In this document: positions 26,349 through 39,299 of the stretch, in pieces
Position numbering within the stretch: position 1 is the first letter of the stretch
Layout of the letters: each line of letters starts with the position of its first letter
Assembly: GCA_040954595.2 (NCBI GenBank)
Contig: CM082578.2
Location: forward strand, 14,414,304 to 14,478,303
DNA length: 64,000 nucleotides
Direction: 5' to 3'
Origin: Balanoglossus misakiensis
Lineage: Eukaryota > Animalia > Hemichordata
Made by a program: the position numbers and the translations under genes
The notes under the pieces: model-generated
Told to the model about the DNA's origin: nothing
The model's input: only the letters and a program-made list of their open reading frames with translations
Databases searched by the model: none

Positions 26349-29300
26349 CTGTAAACAAAATATGAAAAGAAAATGATATTTTAGTATTTTATCTCAATGC
26401 AGAGGTGACACAGATTCTTGCTTAAAATATGTGCAATCGTGGAAAACAAAAATGCTTGGTTGTATATTACATGCAAGCCACACAGAATACATATTATATG
26501 CTTATAATATTATACTAATGACATGTTTATCCTTTTTGAACAGTGAAATATTAATGTTGTGCTTGCAAGGTTCAGTCTGACCTCTTAACAACAACCACGC
26601 TCTCTCTTTATGTGGTACAAGCTTTGATGTGTTTTTTGCCTCCAGCTGCAATAGTCTTGACAGTTTCACAACGACATGAACACTGTAAATTTTGCTTGCG
26701 ACTACCTCCCATGAATATAAATTCAGCACAGAAGTCTTGTTTATTGCTTCAACAAAAATCCACTTCAGAGTTGTGGATATATAAGCGGAGAGAGGCAATT
26801 TACTGGGACATATTCACTTGCTCTTGTCTGAGGTGGAGAAATCATTTGCCATAATGCCAACATATAGTACATGTATAGAGCACATGTCTACGTATTCAAG
26901 TGACTGTTTGGTGGTGCACTGTTTTTACGTGTAGCAACCCTGCGAAAATCTGCGATTGGCTAGATCTCTGAACTTGTATTTCGTGTTATTTTTGCATGCA
27001 ATGGCAAAGCAAAGAGCTACAGGCATGCATCGGTTCACAGTTGATTATTTCACTTTGCTATGAATATTCAAAAACACATTTTGGTATCTGATGCATGAAC
27101 ATTAGAACGAGTTTTAATAACCATAAACCCCTAGCCACATGTTTTGTGTTAATAGTTCTAAGAGTGTTTTTATAGCCAGTTACAACTGCCTGTAGATTTT
27201 ACATGTCACGATGGAGCACCAGTCTGCTTCTAAAAGACAACATCAAACAGTTTTATGGCCGGTTATCCCATGTGCCAATAGATCTTGAAACCCAGATACG
27301 GTCAGGATTAACCTGGCAGCAACCTTGCAAATCAAGACAGACAACTTAGATTCATAGTCACGCGAAGACATGTTGCTCTGTGACTGAGCAAATCAATAAT
27401 CAGACGATTGTGCGTGCGTGATGTCCAAAGAACTGATACATCCACTGCCATCGAATCAGACATGTAAATACCTTAGTTAATGAAATTTTCATCCAATTAA
27501 CACATTCCATTTCATCCTTATTAAGTCAAAGAAAGAGTTCAGTTTTCAAATCAAATACTGCTACTTCTTCACAGTGTCATGTGACTCCATATTGGTACAA
27601 TCACTTTCAGCACAAAGAGTTATACTCAAGTCAGATCTGTTGCAAGTTTGTTTTCTCTTTCATCAAAATCATCTAGTATGCATATCCCCCAAAATCTAAT
27701 TTTTTTTTCTCATCTGAGTACAAATGCAGTGTTCATGCAACAAGAGCAAATTACAATCAATTCTCGTATCATAACAGTATAAATCATGCAAAACTGTTTG
27801 TATATCTACATAATCTAAAAAAATACATAAATTAGACATAATTCATGGGGAGACTCGTGTATTTTCTTGCAGTATCACTGATGATAATTCAGATTATATT
27901 TGCTGTGATTTCTGCAGAGCAATAAAGTATGTGGGGCCATTTATTTTTCAGCCAAATCAAGATCATATATGACAAATCACAGAATTGTGAATGATGAATT
28001 GAAAACAAAGTAAATGAGAGGTATAAGACTATTTAACTGAGATGCAATGAAACCTGTTGAGAGATATTTTGCTTCAGAAATTGTGTAATGTTTTTATCTG
28101 CGACTCATCAGCCAGGAAACGCCACAAATTTAACCTTCCACTGTTGAGGTACCCTAAATAGGACAACAATTGTATATTTACGCAAACGTTATTGTTGAAC
28201 CTTTTATGTGCACTTGAAAGAGGCCTCTTCATAAAAAGGAGCACATAAACGTGAAGACTTCAATCAATAGTGTATATGGAAGTGAATGGCTTGGATGAAA
28301 TGATCAATAAATTTGCATAATCAATACAATAGCATGCCCATTTCACAATGATGAGAATGTGACCCAGATAATGACAGTTACAGTCCATGCAAGAGTTTAA
28401 TTATAGTTAGATACCAAGGGGAAACATTAATCTGCATTTTTTGTATAAAAATATATGATGTGCGTTTAAACCTGCATTTGCTTGTATATTTAATGTGTTT
28501 CTGTTTGTGTGTACGTGTGAGTGGGGCATGTCTGTTCATGCAAGTACATGTATATACCTGTATGTGGAGGTGGTGTACGTTATTCATCTCCATGCCAATT
28601 GTTTGATATGGAGCAATTTAATTTTCTTGGATGATTTATGGTCTAATCAACTCCAAGTTGGCTAAAAGACAAGTGTTGTGTATCAACAAGTGCCATTGGC
28701 TGGTTATTTTTAGCTAAGCTTGGAATTGTTACCACTATCTTTAGTTCTACTTGAATGTCTCAAAATAATAAAATTAAAATAAATATATTTCAATTTGAAT
28801 TATTTTGAGATATTCAAGTTGAACTGAAGTATAATATACCACATTTTGGCTGATGGTTTCAAATCATGTGCATCACAAATGTTTGAGGACAGAGAGATAG
28901 ACAGAACGTTTTACACAGGCAGACAGACAGACACACACACAGAGTGATAACATTTGTCTCCCTCCCAGGTCAGCACACAAGGCCCCCAAAATGACCCTGC
29001 ATTGTCAACCATGGGGGTGTATCTCCTCACTGAGTTAAGACATTGCTGTTCTGAAGCTTATCTCCAGCTTAACTGTACATATTCACTTCAATATCTCTAA
29101 GTTGCTCTGGCAGCATATTCATGAAATATGAATTTGCCTCAAGGCCGAGCTGTGCTGCGATTATTGCATGCTCAGAAAAGGCAAACGTTCCCAGCAGGAA
29201 GGTCAATCGCGATCAATGAACCTGGCACTTAAGTGTTATTCACAAGAAACCTTTTAATATGTTAAAAGTCTATGATTCTTAAGTGACAACTTATGATTTT

Positions 29301-32300
29301 AATTTGCGGTGATGGTCCATCAGTAGACTGACTCAGGAGAACAAAAGAACAGGCAGAGCGGCCTTAACCTTGAAACTCTCTAGACGCCTTTTCAGCCAAC
29401 TTTAGTTTTTAGTCATTAAAAACATTTCCCCTCTAATCATGGAAATGGCAGACTTGTTGCTTGTCATTTGTAATTGCCATATATTGTGTACAACTGTGAC
29501 AGCTGTCATGGTAACAACCACTAAACAGCCAAAGTTATACACAAATCATGAATATTTCACTTCTGATTACACCAACAGTTTTCCAATATGGCATTAACAA
29601 AACATAATTCAAATATCGTGTTAGTCCAAAAACTAAGACAGCTGAAAAGCTAAATGTGGGACAAAAACCACTTCACCAATTCAAGACCGAACAATTGGAA
29701 GTGGTTTCTAGTGTACGCAGTCAAAACAGGACATGACCTAATTTTTCTCTCTTGAAGTGTTGTACGTGTATTAAGAATAACTGTCTAGTGTAGCTAGTCT
29801 ATTCTGACAAATAAAATCAAGTTACAGATATTGGCCCTTTTATACAAAAAGCACCTAAATTTTGTTGCACTGAAGGACGCCCTCAAGAAGTGTGTCCAAA
29901 CCCTTGGAGTGACAGTGATGGGTAATCACAACCCTGAAACAAACAGATGGGGGGGGGGACTGGGGCATGTCACATCCATCCATACTTTCAGAATCTTCAA
30001 GGTATTCTCAAATGTGTGTGATTGCATGCCTCAAGGACCAGAAATTGGACAGTGAACTCAAAGGGAACGGCTGACTTATACCTTGGCATATCCAATCTCC
30101 AGACCTGGATGAATGTACAGTTTTCTTGCCAAGCAGTCATTCACACATAGGCACTCACGTGACACGATTCCCTGAATATTCTGGTCCACGCAAAAACTTG
30201 TTGTTCAGATTGAATACAGCTTTAGCAGGACAAAATCTCGTTGATGGAAAATGTTCTCTGGACTCAGAAATTCCTTGAAACCCCACGAGCCTGTTTGGTA
30301 CATTCTCGCCTTCAGATTACAGTACGTGTTACGCTCGTAAATGGTACAGAACATACACACATTGTCAGAAACCGTGAAAGCAATTTTTCATGTCAGTCAA
30401 AAGGACTAGCCGCATGGAAAACGCAGTTGCCAGTGAGTCTCCTAGGAAATATCTCAGACTGGCGAACTGATTTTTCAATGCGTTGCACTTAGAATAGCAT
30501 GGACTATAAATGCTATTTGGCTTGTGCATGTTGTAACCACGTGAATTATAAATAATGTTGTATTGATCATAATTCTCTCTGATATAGAAATGTTAAAAGG
30601 TGTGTACATACACACAAGGTATAATACCGGGATCTGTATAATGGCGCAGACTGAGTGTTCCGTTCTCAGGGGATTCTCGTCTTAGATTGCATTTGGTGGA
30701 ACAATGATCGTCTCACAGTCTGTCCAATTCAGTTAGCAATATAAATCAAAATGTTCAACCCTTAATGGTATGATGTAGGACACACAAAGAGTTTGATTAG
30801 ATTATTGAATGTGGGCTACCCATTTGAAATTCAGAGAATGGTTGAAACCCAGACAGTTTGTACGGATCTCAGTTCACGTCAGCCTTCTCAAGGAGATCTC
30901 GAGGCAGCCCTGTGGCCTTGGCAAAAATTATTTTAAAATTTCAAAGGTACTGTGGGGAATAAGACAACTTATTTTCTTGATCACAGGTCCATAGAGAGAC
31001 TGACGTGGCTTCATGAACCAGTTCAAAGGAGCTCTTTATTGCGGTTTTAAAAATCAATATTTTAGAGGCCTGTCTTTCAAATCTGCAATTTGCATAAATG
31101 GTTTGCTTTTATTTTGCTTGAGATATTAAATGGGGTTTGAAAATGGCCTGGGTCCTGAATTCTAATAGAAAGTGACTTAATATAGACAGAGAACATGGGC
31201 TTGAGAATCATGTGCTTTGGATACACTACATGTCATTTTCAAGTGATATCTTCAGATCCATGGAATATAGCAATTTTCTGTTCATGACGTTTAAGGCCTT
31301 CTCTGGAGTACAATATCGGGAACTAGCTGCTGCATTGGTCAAGTTCACACCTCTGAACTAGATTGTTTTTTCCTCCAACGTAATGATCATCTATCATGTC
31401 TGCAGTTCATATACTCTCCTTTGAAAAGACAGAATACATGCAGAGTTTACTGTGAAGATGTACCCCTCCACAAATACATGTCTATACATTCTAGCTAAGT
31501 TTTCTATTATTTCAGTAGGAAAGAAATTTCCAACTGCATCTCTTTGACATTATTATATGCAGTGCTATGATAAATATACCTCTGGATTACTCATGCAACG
31601 TGTGCTTAATACACAAAATACCTTCAACACCAAAAGTGTGGTGGGGAAAAAATTCAGGTGTGAATTTACTGAGAACTGTTTTGCCTCAGCACATACCTTA
31701 ATTGACTATCAATCAAACATGGCTATAACGTGTCCAGCAATATTGTGTCAGATATTACCACACAGTCTGACAGTAAAAAGCCTGATTGTTTTTTCTACGC
31801 AAGGGGAGAAAAGTAATAAAACAAAACGTGTTGAGAAGTGAATTAACATTGAATCTGAGGATGAGGTGGGGCTTCTTTCTAGATTTTATGAAAATATTTA
31901 CTGCCTTTACCAGTTAACAGCGTGACATAAACGTGTCAGTGGCATGTCCGTTACGGTTTTATCCAATTGAAGTCTTTCAGGATAGACCTTGGAGGCAAAT
32001 TAGAGATGAATTTAAGTGCTTCCTCCATCTTTCAGTCCATAAAATCATATGAAGACTTGTGAAGAGTCACGGTAAAATGAAAACTGACAATTCAAATTTT
32101 TCCAATGGGCAGTAATCTCACACGTTTTGTGGCCCCGTGAGTTTTGAATTTTAGTCTCCTTATAGGTGACACATAAGGCCCCGTGAGTTTTGAATTTTAG
32201 TCTCCTTATAGGTGACACATAAACCATTTCACTTCCAATGGCAAAGTATAAAGTTCACCAACAAAACAACCAAGGTACTATTCAATAGCCAATTCCTGAT

Positions 32301-35300
32301 GCTAATTTTCTAGCTCATTTGTCTTCTGTACCATGCATGGGTTTTTACAGACTGTTTTGAAACACAAACACTTATGTTTTCATGAAAATTAAGGTTTCCT
32401 GTTTACTGTCATATTTCATGCTCTATTACTTTTATTGTAAGTAATTCAGATGAATTCATTTGAACAGTTGAATATTTGTTGAATGACTAACAAGAGACAG
32501 ACATATGTTGAGATCAAACTCAGTTGATCAACAAGAGGATATGGGAAAATAGTGCCAAGGACACTGTGCTCCCATTTGAACAACACCATTCAAAGTATGC
32601 ACAGCACACATCACAGGTGAAATGCTGTCTAATCAGTTCCACAAATCTACATGCTCCCAGGTCACAGAAAAAGAAAAGTGTGCTAAAACAGTCTCTGTGT
32701 GTTTTGAATGATTCATAAAGATCTTCCCCAGGGCAAATCTGATTGTTCAAGGAGACGATGTTGGTACTGTACCCATTTCAGATCCATTTATCTGTTCTTT
32801 TCTCGTACATCACAGAAAAGATCCTGTCAGTTCACAGGTGAGGACTTAATTTATGGTGTTATTTCTTTCACCATGGCCCATTTCGTTCTCAATAATACAC
32901 TTATCATGAGTTCTGATCAAGATTTATAAAATATTAATCATAAAATCTCCACACAATGCCAGCGTTCTTGTGTGTTTAAAAAAAAGACGCAATGAAGAAA
33001 ATATACCCTCACAAGATCAGCCATTGTAAAGACATAGTCGCCATTCTGAAAGGTCAACGGAATTCATGAAAACATTCCCCTACTAAATGGGTGTGGACAA
33101 GAAAGCATTCACTAACAACAAACAAGATTGGACATGCATCCCTTGTGTCTCAGGATACTGGATGAAGGAGTTAATTGTAACTCGACACTGATTCCAGGGG
33201 AAAGCGATCACCTTGTCAGCATGTTTAATTCATCTGCCAGTTTCTCGGATAAAACGGACATATCTCATTTCTTAAATGATGACATGTAAGTTTCCGCCCA
33301 TGCAAGCCGGGACACCAGAGAGAAATGACTGGAAAAATAAGATACAATCTATTAACAGACTTGGGAGAAAGGCTATGTACAAAATCTTACCACCGGTGGC
33401 GCTCTACAAGGGCGCCAAACAAGCAGAGGACATGCACGTACGGGAGAGAGGGTCAGACGAAGGTTACCATGGGTTAGTGAGCACGAGCTGAGGGAGATAA
33501 GCAACAACTAATAAAGATTCTTTTATCCAAACCATTTACATTTAATCTAACTTGGAAGGGCTATTATTCACAGATAAGCAAATTCGCACAATACCAGGTA
33601 TATCTGAGTGATTATGTGCATGCAGCATGGCCGGTGTCGGCGCACACATTATCTCATAATTTGGCATCAAAATGACAGTACCGGTACTTAGCTATATCAT
33701 TTCTTGGTCTGTTATCGAACTTTTGAGGACTAGACGCCACCCAGCACATGAGATCAGTTTCTGATAACGCTGTCATACAACTACTGGCATAATGTGTCTG
33801 CAATGTCTAAAATTAGGAAATCCATGATGCATGCATAATTGTAACATCAGAAACCACGTAAGAGAGTATCACACGTGCCTGCTCCAACTCAATAATTTTA
33901 TTCAGGCCTCTTGATTTTAAAAATCTGCCGACTATTCAATGAAATTTAGCATATTTCACACAAATTCTACATGCTTTTTTGTGTTATCAATCAGAAAAGC
34001 TGAGCCAGCTTCGAGGCATTTGCTAATTCAGCAAACACCGGGACATATGGAAGGACTGCTATTCAACTGAAATTTATTGATTTAATAAAATAGCATCAAC
34101 GCATGCAATAAAAGTATCATAATCACCCTGTTATGACTTCTGATGTTCTCAATGAAAACGCATTCATTTTTTGGTCCATATGTTACAGTCACCTTGAAAA
34201 CTAAGGTATTAATTTTTTATGGTTTGGCCAATGGCTGAGAAAGATGAAACCTAGGGAGACACAGGCTGGTACATTATGTATATCATATTTGCATACCCCC
34301 CGGGGGAATCACATGAAATGGGGGGGGGGAGGAGGGAGACACGTTCACACTCACTGGAAAACCACGCCATCCATACTCGCACAAAGCTCCCAAAATTAAA
34401 AGAACTGTATACTACAGAAAAGAATTCGGTGTTGGTGGTTAGTAGAAGTCACTTCAGCTTGGGCATAGCCCTAAGGGTCCCTCACTTAACAACAGAAAGG
34501 GTTTTGGAAACAGCGCCTCCAATGGTTGAAATAAGGAGAAACAGTTACCGTCAATGCGATGCAAAATGCACGTACTTATACACATGCATGTATATGTTGT
34601 TTGTGAGATTTTTCTCATGTTTTATGATCTCCTAATTAAATGGCCAAAGTACCAAGGTTATTTGCTCACCGGAATGCTGTAAAAGAATTATCAACCACTC
34701 TGGAATTCTAAAAATCACAGCATATGGTAACAGGGTAAAAACGAGACCCTGAACGACATGTTCATTTCACAGATCCACTGAGACCTCATGGTAGTCAAGA
34801 AAGACGACCATGATAGAATATTGTGCTGACACAGGATGCACAACTAAATCATACCATACCCATTATTAAACCATCTACAGAAGAGTAGTAGTGAAAGAAA
34901 AAAAATACCTTTAAGAATCTTTCAGTATCATTGGTCATGAGTCAAAACCTGATCAATATCATTGGTCATGAGTCAAAACCTGATCAATACCTAATATCAC
35001 CTGAAGGCAGTCTGGCTTTCGACCAACACAAAGCATTATTTTTGCTGCAGTTTCCATGACAACATGCATATAGATAATTTTCAGCTTCTTCCATATGAAG
35101 CCTACATGTATATGCTGCATGGTACAACTTACAATCAGACAATTGTATCGAATGTTTCCACCATGGGGATTACCAGTCGTATCAATAACCGAAGTTAATT
35201 AGTGGAAGCTACGCATTGTCATAAATTATGAAACTAAATTCAATAGAATCCATCTCAATCCTTGTAGATACCGGCTGTATTATTTACACTTCATCAACAG

Positions 35301-38300
35301 CAAACATTACCTTAGAGTAAAAATAAAGCATGAATGTTTCAACAGGGTCTGGAAATGTTAGTAAGTGATATCCTTTAGTACGATTTTCACGTATATCTGG
35401 AGTCATTAATGATGGATGTGTGTGTATCACTTACTGGATCACAACTACTGAGCATAATCATCCCCATCTTTATAATTAATGTAAAAGTTATATGTTATAG
35501 GAAACTTCTCACGGAGTTCCCGCCCAGTGCTTTTGTCATGTGACTGTGCCATATGATACACCTTCTTCCTGTTTTTGTTGTAGCGATATGTTGCTTCGGG
35601 TGTTCATTTCTTTTTGAATGATAATCACCACTAACAGCTTGGTCTTAATGATCTGAAAGTTTTTCACTTAGTGACAGAACTGTTGTTGCTGAGAGCCATG
35701 TTTTGTATGGAATTCAACAGGAACTGAATTTTGATTTCGGGCAATGCTTTGAATCTTTGTGGGTGAAATTCTAATAAAAATATAGCAGAATCGAACAGTC
35801 AAACCCAATAAACTATTATAAAACGCCCGGTCAGGTTCCATCACAAGTGAAGATCATTGGAGCCACTGTGTATTTCAATAACAGTTTTTGATTGCAGGTG
35901 GGGGAAAGGATGATCATACTTCTATTGATAGACACAAGCACATGCATTTAACTGTATGTCAGAAACATGTTCATGCCACAAATTGACAGACATTAATTCT
36001 ACCTCCTGACCCGTCTGACCCGAAGGCAATCCCCCCTGGGAGGTAAGAGCAGATCACACAGATAATGACTGCCAAAGGATTAGGTAATTGTTTGGCAAAC
36101 TGCATGCAATGTACTAATCATAAAATTAATTCTCAAATTCAACACAATTTTCCAAGCCGTTGAGGCATTGGGCAGTTACATAAGTCCTGCGAAAGTGGAT
36201 GGAAATCCATCAATTATGCTGCGGATCATTGACAACTGACATCAACATAAATTGACCATCTGCAAATAGCTAAGTATTAAAATCAATTTAATTGATGTGT
36301 TGGTCATGATGAGGAAAAAAGATTCCCTTGTATCAGACGTGTGTGACAAAAGAGGGGGATTAGTGTACTGCATGAGTGACATATTCAATTCTATTATTAG
36401 TCTGTTAATTAATCTCTGTGTCAATCTTATGTAATTAAAAGGTTCAATAAGTGGCAATGATGTATAGACATTTCCGCTGCTAGTCCATTAATTAGGTGTT
36501 CTTGTTGAATAATCAACGCCATTTCAGCCCGAGGACTGGTGAATTAATAGCATCTTTTCTGAATACAATCCTTCCAATGTTTTCCGTACTTCTATACAAA
36601 GAACAGTACAAGAGACCAGATGTCTCAGAAGACAGGCAGGCTAAAACTAATTTCATTGATGTTGACCAGGGCATTAAAATTATACTGATTCTTTTTTTTT
36701 CACCACAGAGGTTGTTTGTTTTTTGCTTGTAAAACACTGAAAACTGACCATTTGCAGTGTACAGATTATGTGAACAATAGCTATGAGAACAGATACATGT
36801 GCCATGAAATCAACACTGCCCTCTAGTGTCATTAAGTCATTACCTGCAATGACCAATTTAGTTTTTTCTTCGATTTTAGCGAAAACGGATGACTTGTGGT
36901 TGGTGAAAACAATTTCTATTGGATAAACGAATACCTAGAAGACATATGTGCGAAAATCACCCTTCGTGAACTTCCCCTTTAAAGGTATATGTACATTTAT
37001 CGGTAATAGCTGAAGATCTAATGGGGAGTGCGCCCTCGACATTTCCAGCACCCAATCTCATTTTTTCCTTTGTTTCTTTTGAAAATCCATCACTTTATTG
37101 CTTCAGAAAAATCAGAAAAGTTGCTGCATTAAGTGGGTGCAGTCTTATCTGCTGATTAAATGAAACAAATGGTGACATCATTTCAATACTACCCTGTTTC
37201 ATGGCCACAACTTCATAAATAAGACAAAGTCACATTTTATTATTCAATAAAGTGTATGATAAAACCTTAATGGCCTTGATAATTATTTTGGCACCCTAAG
37301 TCGTGTAGCAGATGAGCCCTCTCAAAGGTTCAAGATCATTCTACCATATGAATTCAGGTGCCAAATTAAGTATCAGGGCCATTTCATTAGTGATTAGTGC
37401 TTACCCTGTCATAGATATCGTCGTTTTCTTGAAAATCTCCTTTCTTTCGAGGTAAAATGTGAACATGTGTATGCTGAAAGTAAAGACGAAAAAAGTGACA
37501 TGTTTTCATCCGTACTGTCCATATGCTTTCTGTGCCAGTCTGTTTCTTTTTACTCATTTTGATGTGTTGATAAAATACTAAAAAGCCAAAAGAAATAAAA
37601 GGACTGGATATTTCCTCTTCACTTACCCTGATTGTTTGACCAGCTTCTGGCCCATCCTACATGTAAATGCAATATTTAATAACATTAGAGATTCATTTTT
37701 AATAATTTTACAATTGTTTCAAGCTTTCTGAATAAATGAAAAATAATTTTCTCTCTAACAACCGGTGAGACCAATAGTCTGACAGCTTGATATAAAGTGC
37801 TCCCTCTAAGTTATTCGTCTTGTTTATTTTGTTTTACGACATATGCATGTTGAACTGTAGCAGACGACTATGAAGTCAGTTGAATTATTCGTTTTTGATG
37901 TCATACATTAGCTGTTCATTGAACAGTTTTGTTTTCAAATTAAACGTGTGATATACAGAAAGAAGGAAGAAATCAAATTGATTTGATTATCAGAGAACAA
38001 CAAATTCATTGAGATACTAGACTCACCTGTACAGCAATTGTTAGTGATGTAGCACAGAAATATTTTTCTAAGATGTTTGATACGATCTGGGTTGACTGAA
38101 ACAGATCACTCAACTCATCTCCAGTCAAATCTTTGAATCTGTCCACCACTCTCAACGGAGAAACCAATACATCTTTTATTTATTTTGTTAAGAAAATAAG
38201 AACTTTTATTTTGAAGTGTACGCATTTGAATGATGCAGTTATTTCAGTAAAACTCGTATACTAAACAACAAAGGATACGACCTGGTACGACTGGTCGGAT

Positions 38301-38390
38301 ATTGACGAATGCAAACGACAATTTGGATTTGAAAAAGACACAGGATGATTTGATGATGACTTGCCCAAACTGATAAGTCTTCATTGCCAT
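26217..38390 (-). CDS. FHIT: Bis(5'-adenosyl)-triphosphatase FHIT, 162 aa: complement(join(26217..26348,37405..37473,37627..37656,38027..38172,38279..38390))
   Basis: Spliced translation MAMKTYQFGQVIIKSSCVFFKSKLSFAFVNIRPVVPGHVLVSPLRVVDRFKDLTGDELSDLFQSTQIVSNILEKYFCATSLTIAVQDGPEAGQTIRHTHVHILPRKKGDFQENDDIYDRLEKHDKNPDDNNLRTPEVMESEATALRSQFPRQYTENIDDDNS is colinear with vertebrate FHIT. It has the HIT motif HxHxH and a strong Kozak start (accATGg). Absent from the ORF track. Confidence 0.95.
28739..28829. repeat. AT-rich inverted repeat (31-bp arms)
   Basis: ctttagttctacttgaatgtctcaaaataat / attattttgagatattcaagttgaactgaag, 3 mismatches. Confidence 0.65.
32131..32222. repeat. Perfect tandem duplication, 2 x 46 bp
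   Basis: ggccccgtgagttttgaattttagtctccttataggtgacacataa twice. Confidence 0.93.
34926..34989. repeat. Perfect tandem duplication, 2 x 31 bp
   Basis: tatcattggtcatgagtcaaaacctgatcaa twice. Confidence 0.93.
37269..37383. repeat. Degenerate foldback/palindrome (~115 bp)
   Basis: 27-bp arms aatggccttgataattattttggcacc / ggtgccaaattaagtatcagggccatt with 3 mismatches; weaker pairing continues inward. Confidence 0.65.
37405..37473 (-). CDS. FHIT: FHIT coding exon 4 (histidine triad)
   Basis: 69 bp, HTHVHILPRKKGDFQENDDIYDR, ttcag/gtaagc boundaries. Confidence 0.95.
37627..37656 (-). CDS. FHIT: FHIT coding exon 3
   Basis: 30 bp, DGPEAGQTIR, ag/gtaagt boundaries. Confidence 0.95.
38027..38172 (-). 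CDS. FHIT: FHIT coding exon 2
   Basis: 146 bp, HVLVSPLRVVDRF...TSLTIAVQ, gtgagt donor. Confidence 0.95.
38173..38278 (-). other. U12-type (minor spliceosome) GT-AG intron in FHIT
   Basis: Donor GTATCCTTT; branch-site-like TTTTCTTAAC (38187-38196) ending 14 nt before the 3' splice junction; no polypyrimidine tract. Confidence 0.9.
38279..38390 (-). CDS. FHIT: FHIT coding exon 1
   Basis: MAMKTYQFGQ...VNIRPVVPG, followed by U12-type donor GTATCCTTT. Confidence 0.92.
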
Positions 38391-38609
38391 GGTGACAGTT
38401 GCTAATGCTATCCTCTCAAATAAGCGTATCTCAACTCCCTGTGAATGTAGTCAAGAAAACTGTACAATAAAAATAGAGTAATCGACATATCACATGTACA
38501 ATCACACATATTATGTACCAGGCAATTTCAGAAATTTAAAGTCCAGATTACCGATATTTCTGGTGATGCATGTGTACGTGTCTATATAGGTTAACTTGAC
38601 ATGTATTAA

Positions 38610-39215
38610 AAGGACAAAGTCTCTCTCTTGCTGCCCTTTTCCCATTAAGTATGTTTGATACAAGACACCATTGTATATAGTGAATCAACGTTCAACCACA
38701 AACAACTTCCATCCTGCATATAGATGAGAGAGTAAAAATCTCGCCAAAATGAATAAATGGTAAACACTGATTATTCATTTTTGGCTACTTTAGATTATTT
38801 ACTCATTAAATTCGGGGGGGGGGGGGTCTTTTCAAAATTGTCTTAAAATTAAGACTTTCAAAATGGCCGCCAAATTTGAGGTTCAAAATGGCCGCCTATA
38901 TCTGTGCTTAGTCTATGGAATTCAAAATGGCCGCCAAATTTAGTGACTTTGAAAATCTCCATGGTAAACATTATGTAGAAATTTTACTCATAGTTCAACC
39001 ACACACACCTTCCATCCCACTTGTAGACGGGAGAGCAAAATGAATATTCGGTGTTTACCATTTATTCATTTTGGCGAGATTTTTACTCTCATATCCTACA
39101 AACGTGATGGTTGAATGTTGATTCACTATATATCCACATGTGCATTAGCATAGACAGTGTAGTGAATCAAACATAATAAATGGGAAAAGAAGAGTGAGAG
39201 AGAGACTTTGTCCCT
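38610..39215. mobile_element. Kolobok/T2-like non-autonomous element (606 bp) with long imperfect TIRs
   Basis: TTAA-aaggacaaagtctctctc ... gagagagactttgtccct-TTAA; inner inverted arms 38728-38781 vs 39037-39090; three CAAAATGGCCGCC motifs in the centre. Confidence 0.8.
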
Positions 39216-39299
39216 TTAAGTGCAACATAGGTATTGTACATATACCTGCATACCCGTGAAGTACTAGATAGGGTAGGTTTGTTGCCTACCAAGGACTAT

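Noticed and set aside
32131-32222. Direct repeats as a possible CRISPR-like array
   Set aside because: Two adjacent copies with no spacer in eukaryotic DNA, so a simple tandem duplication.
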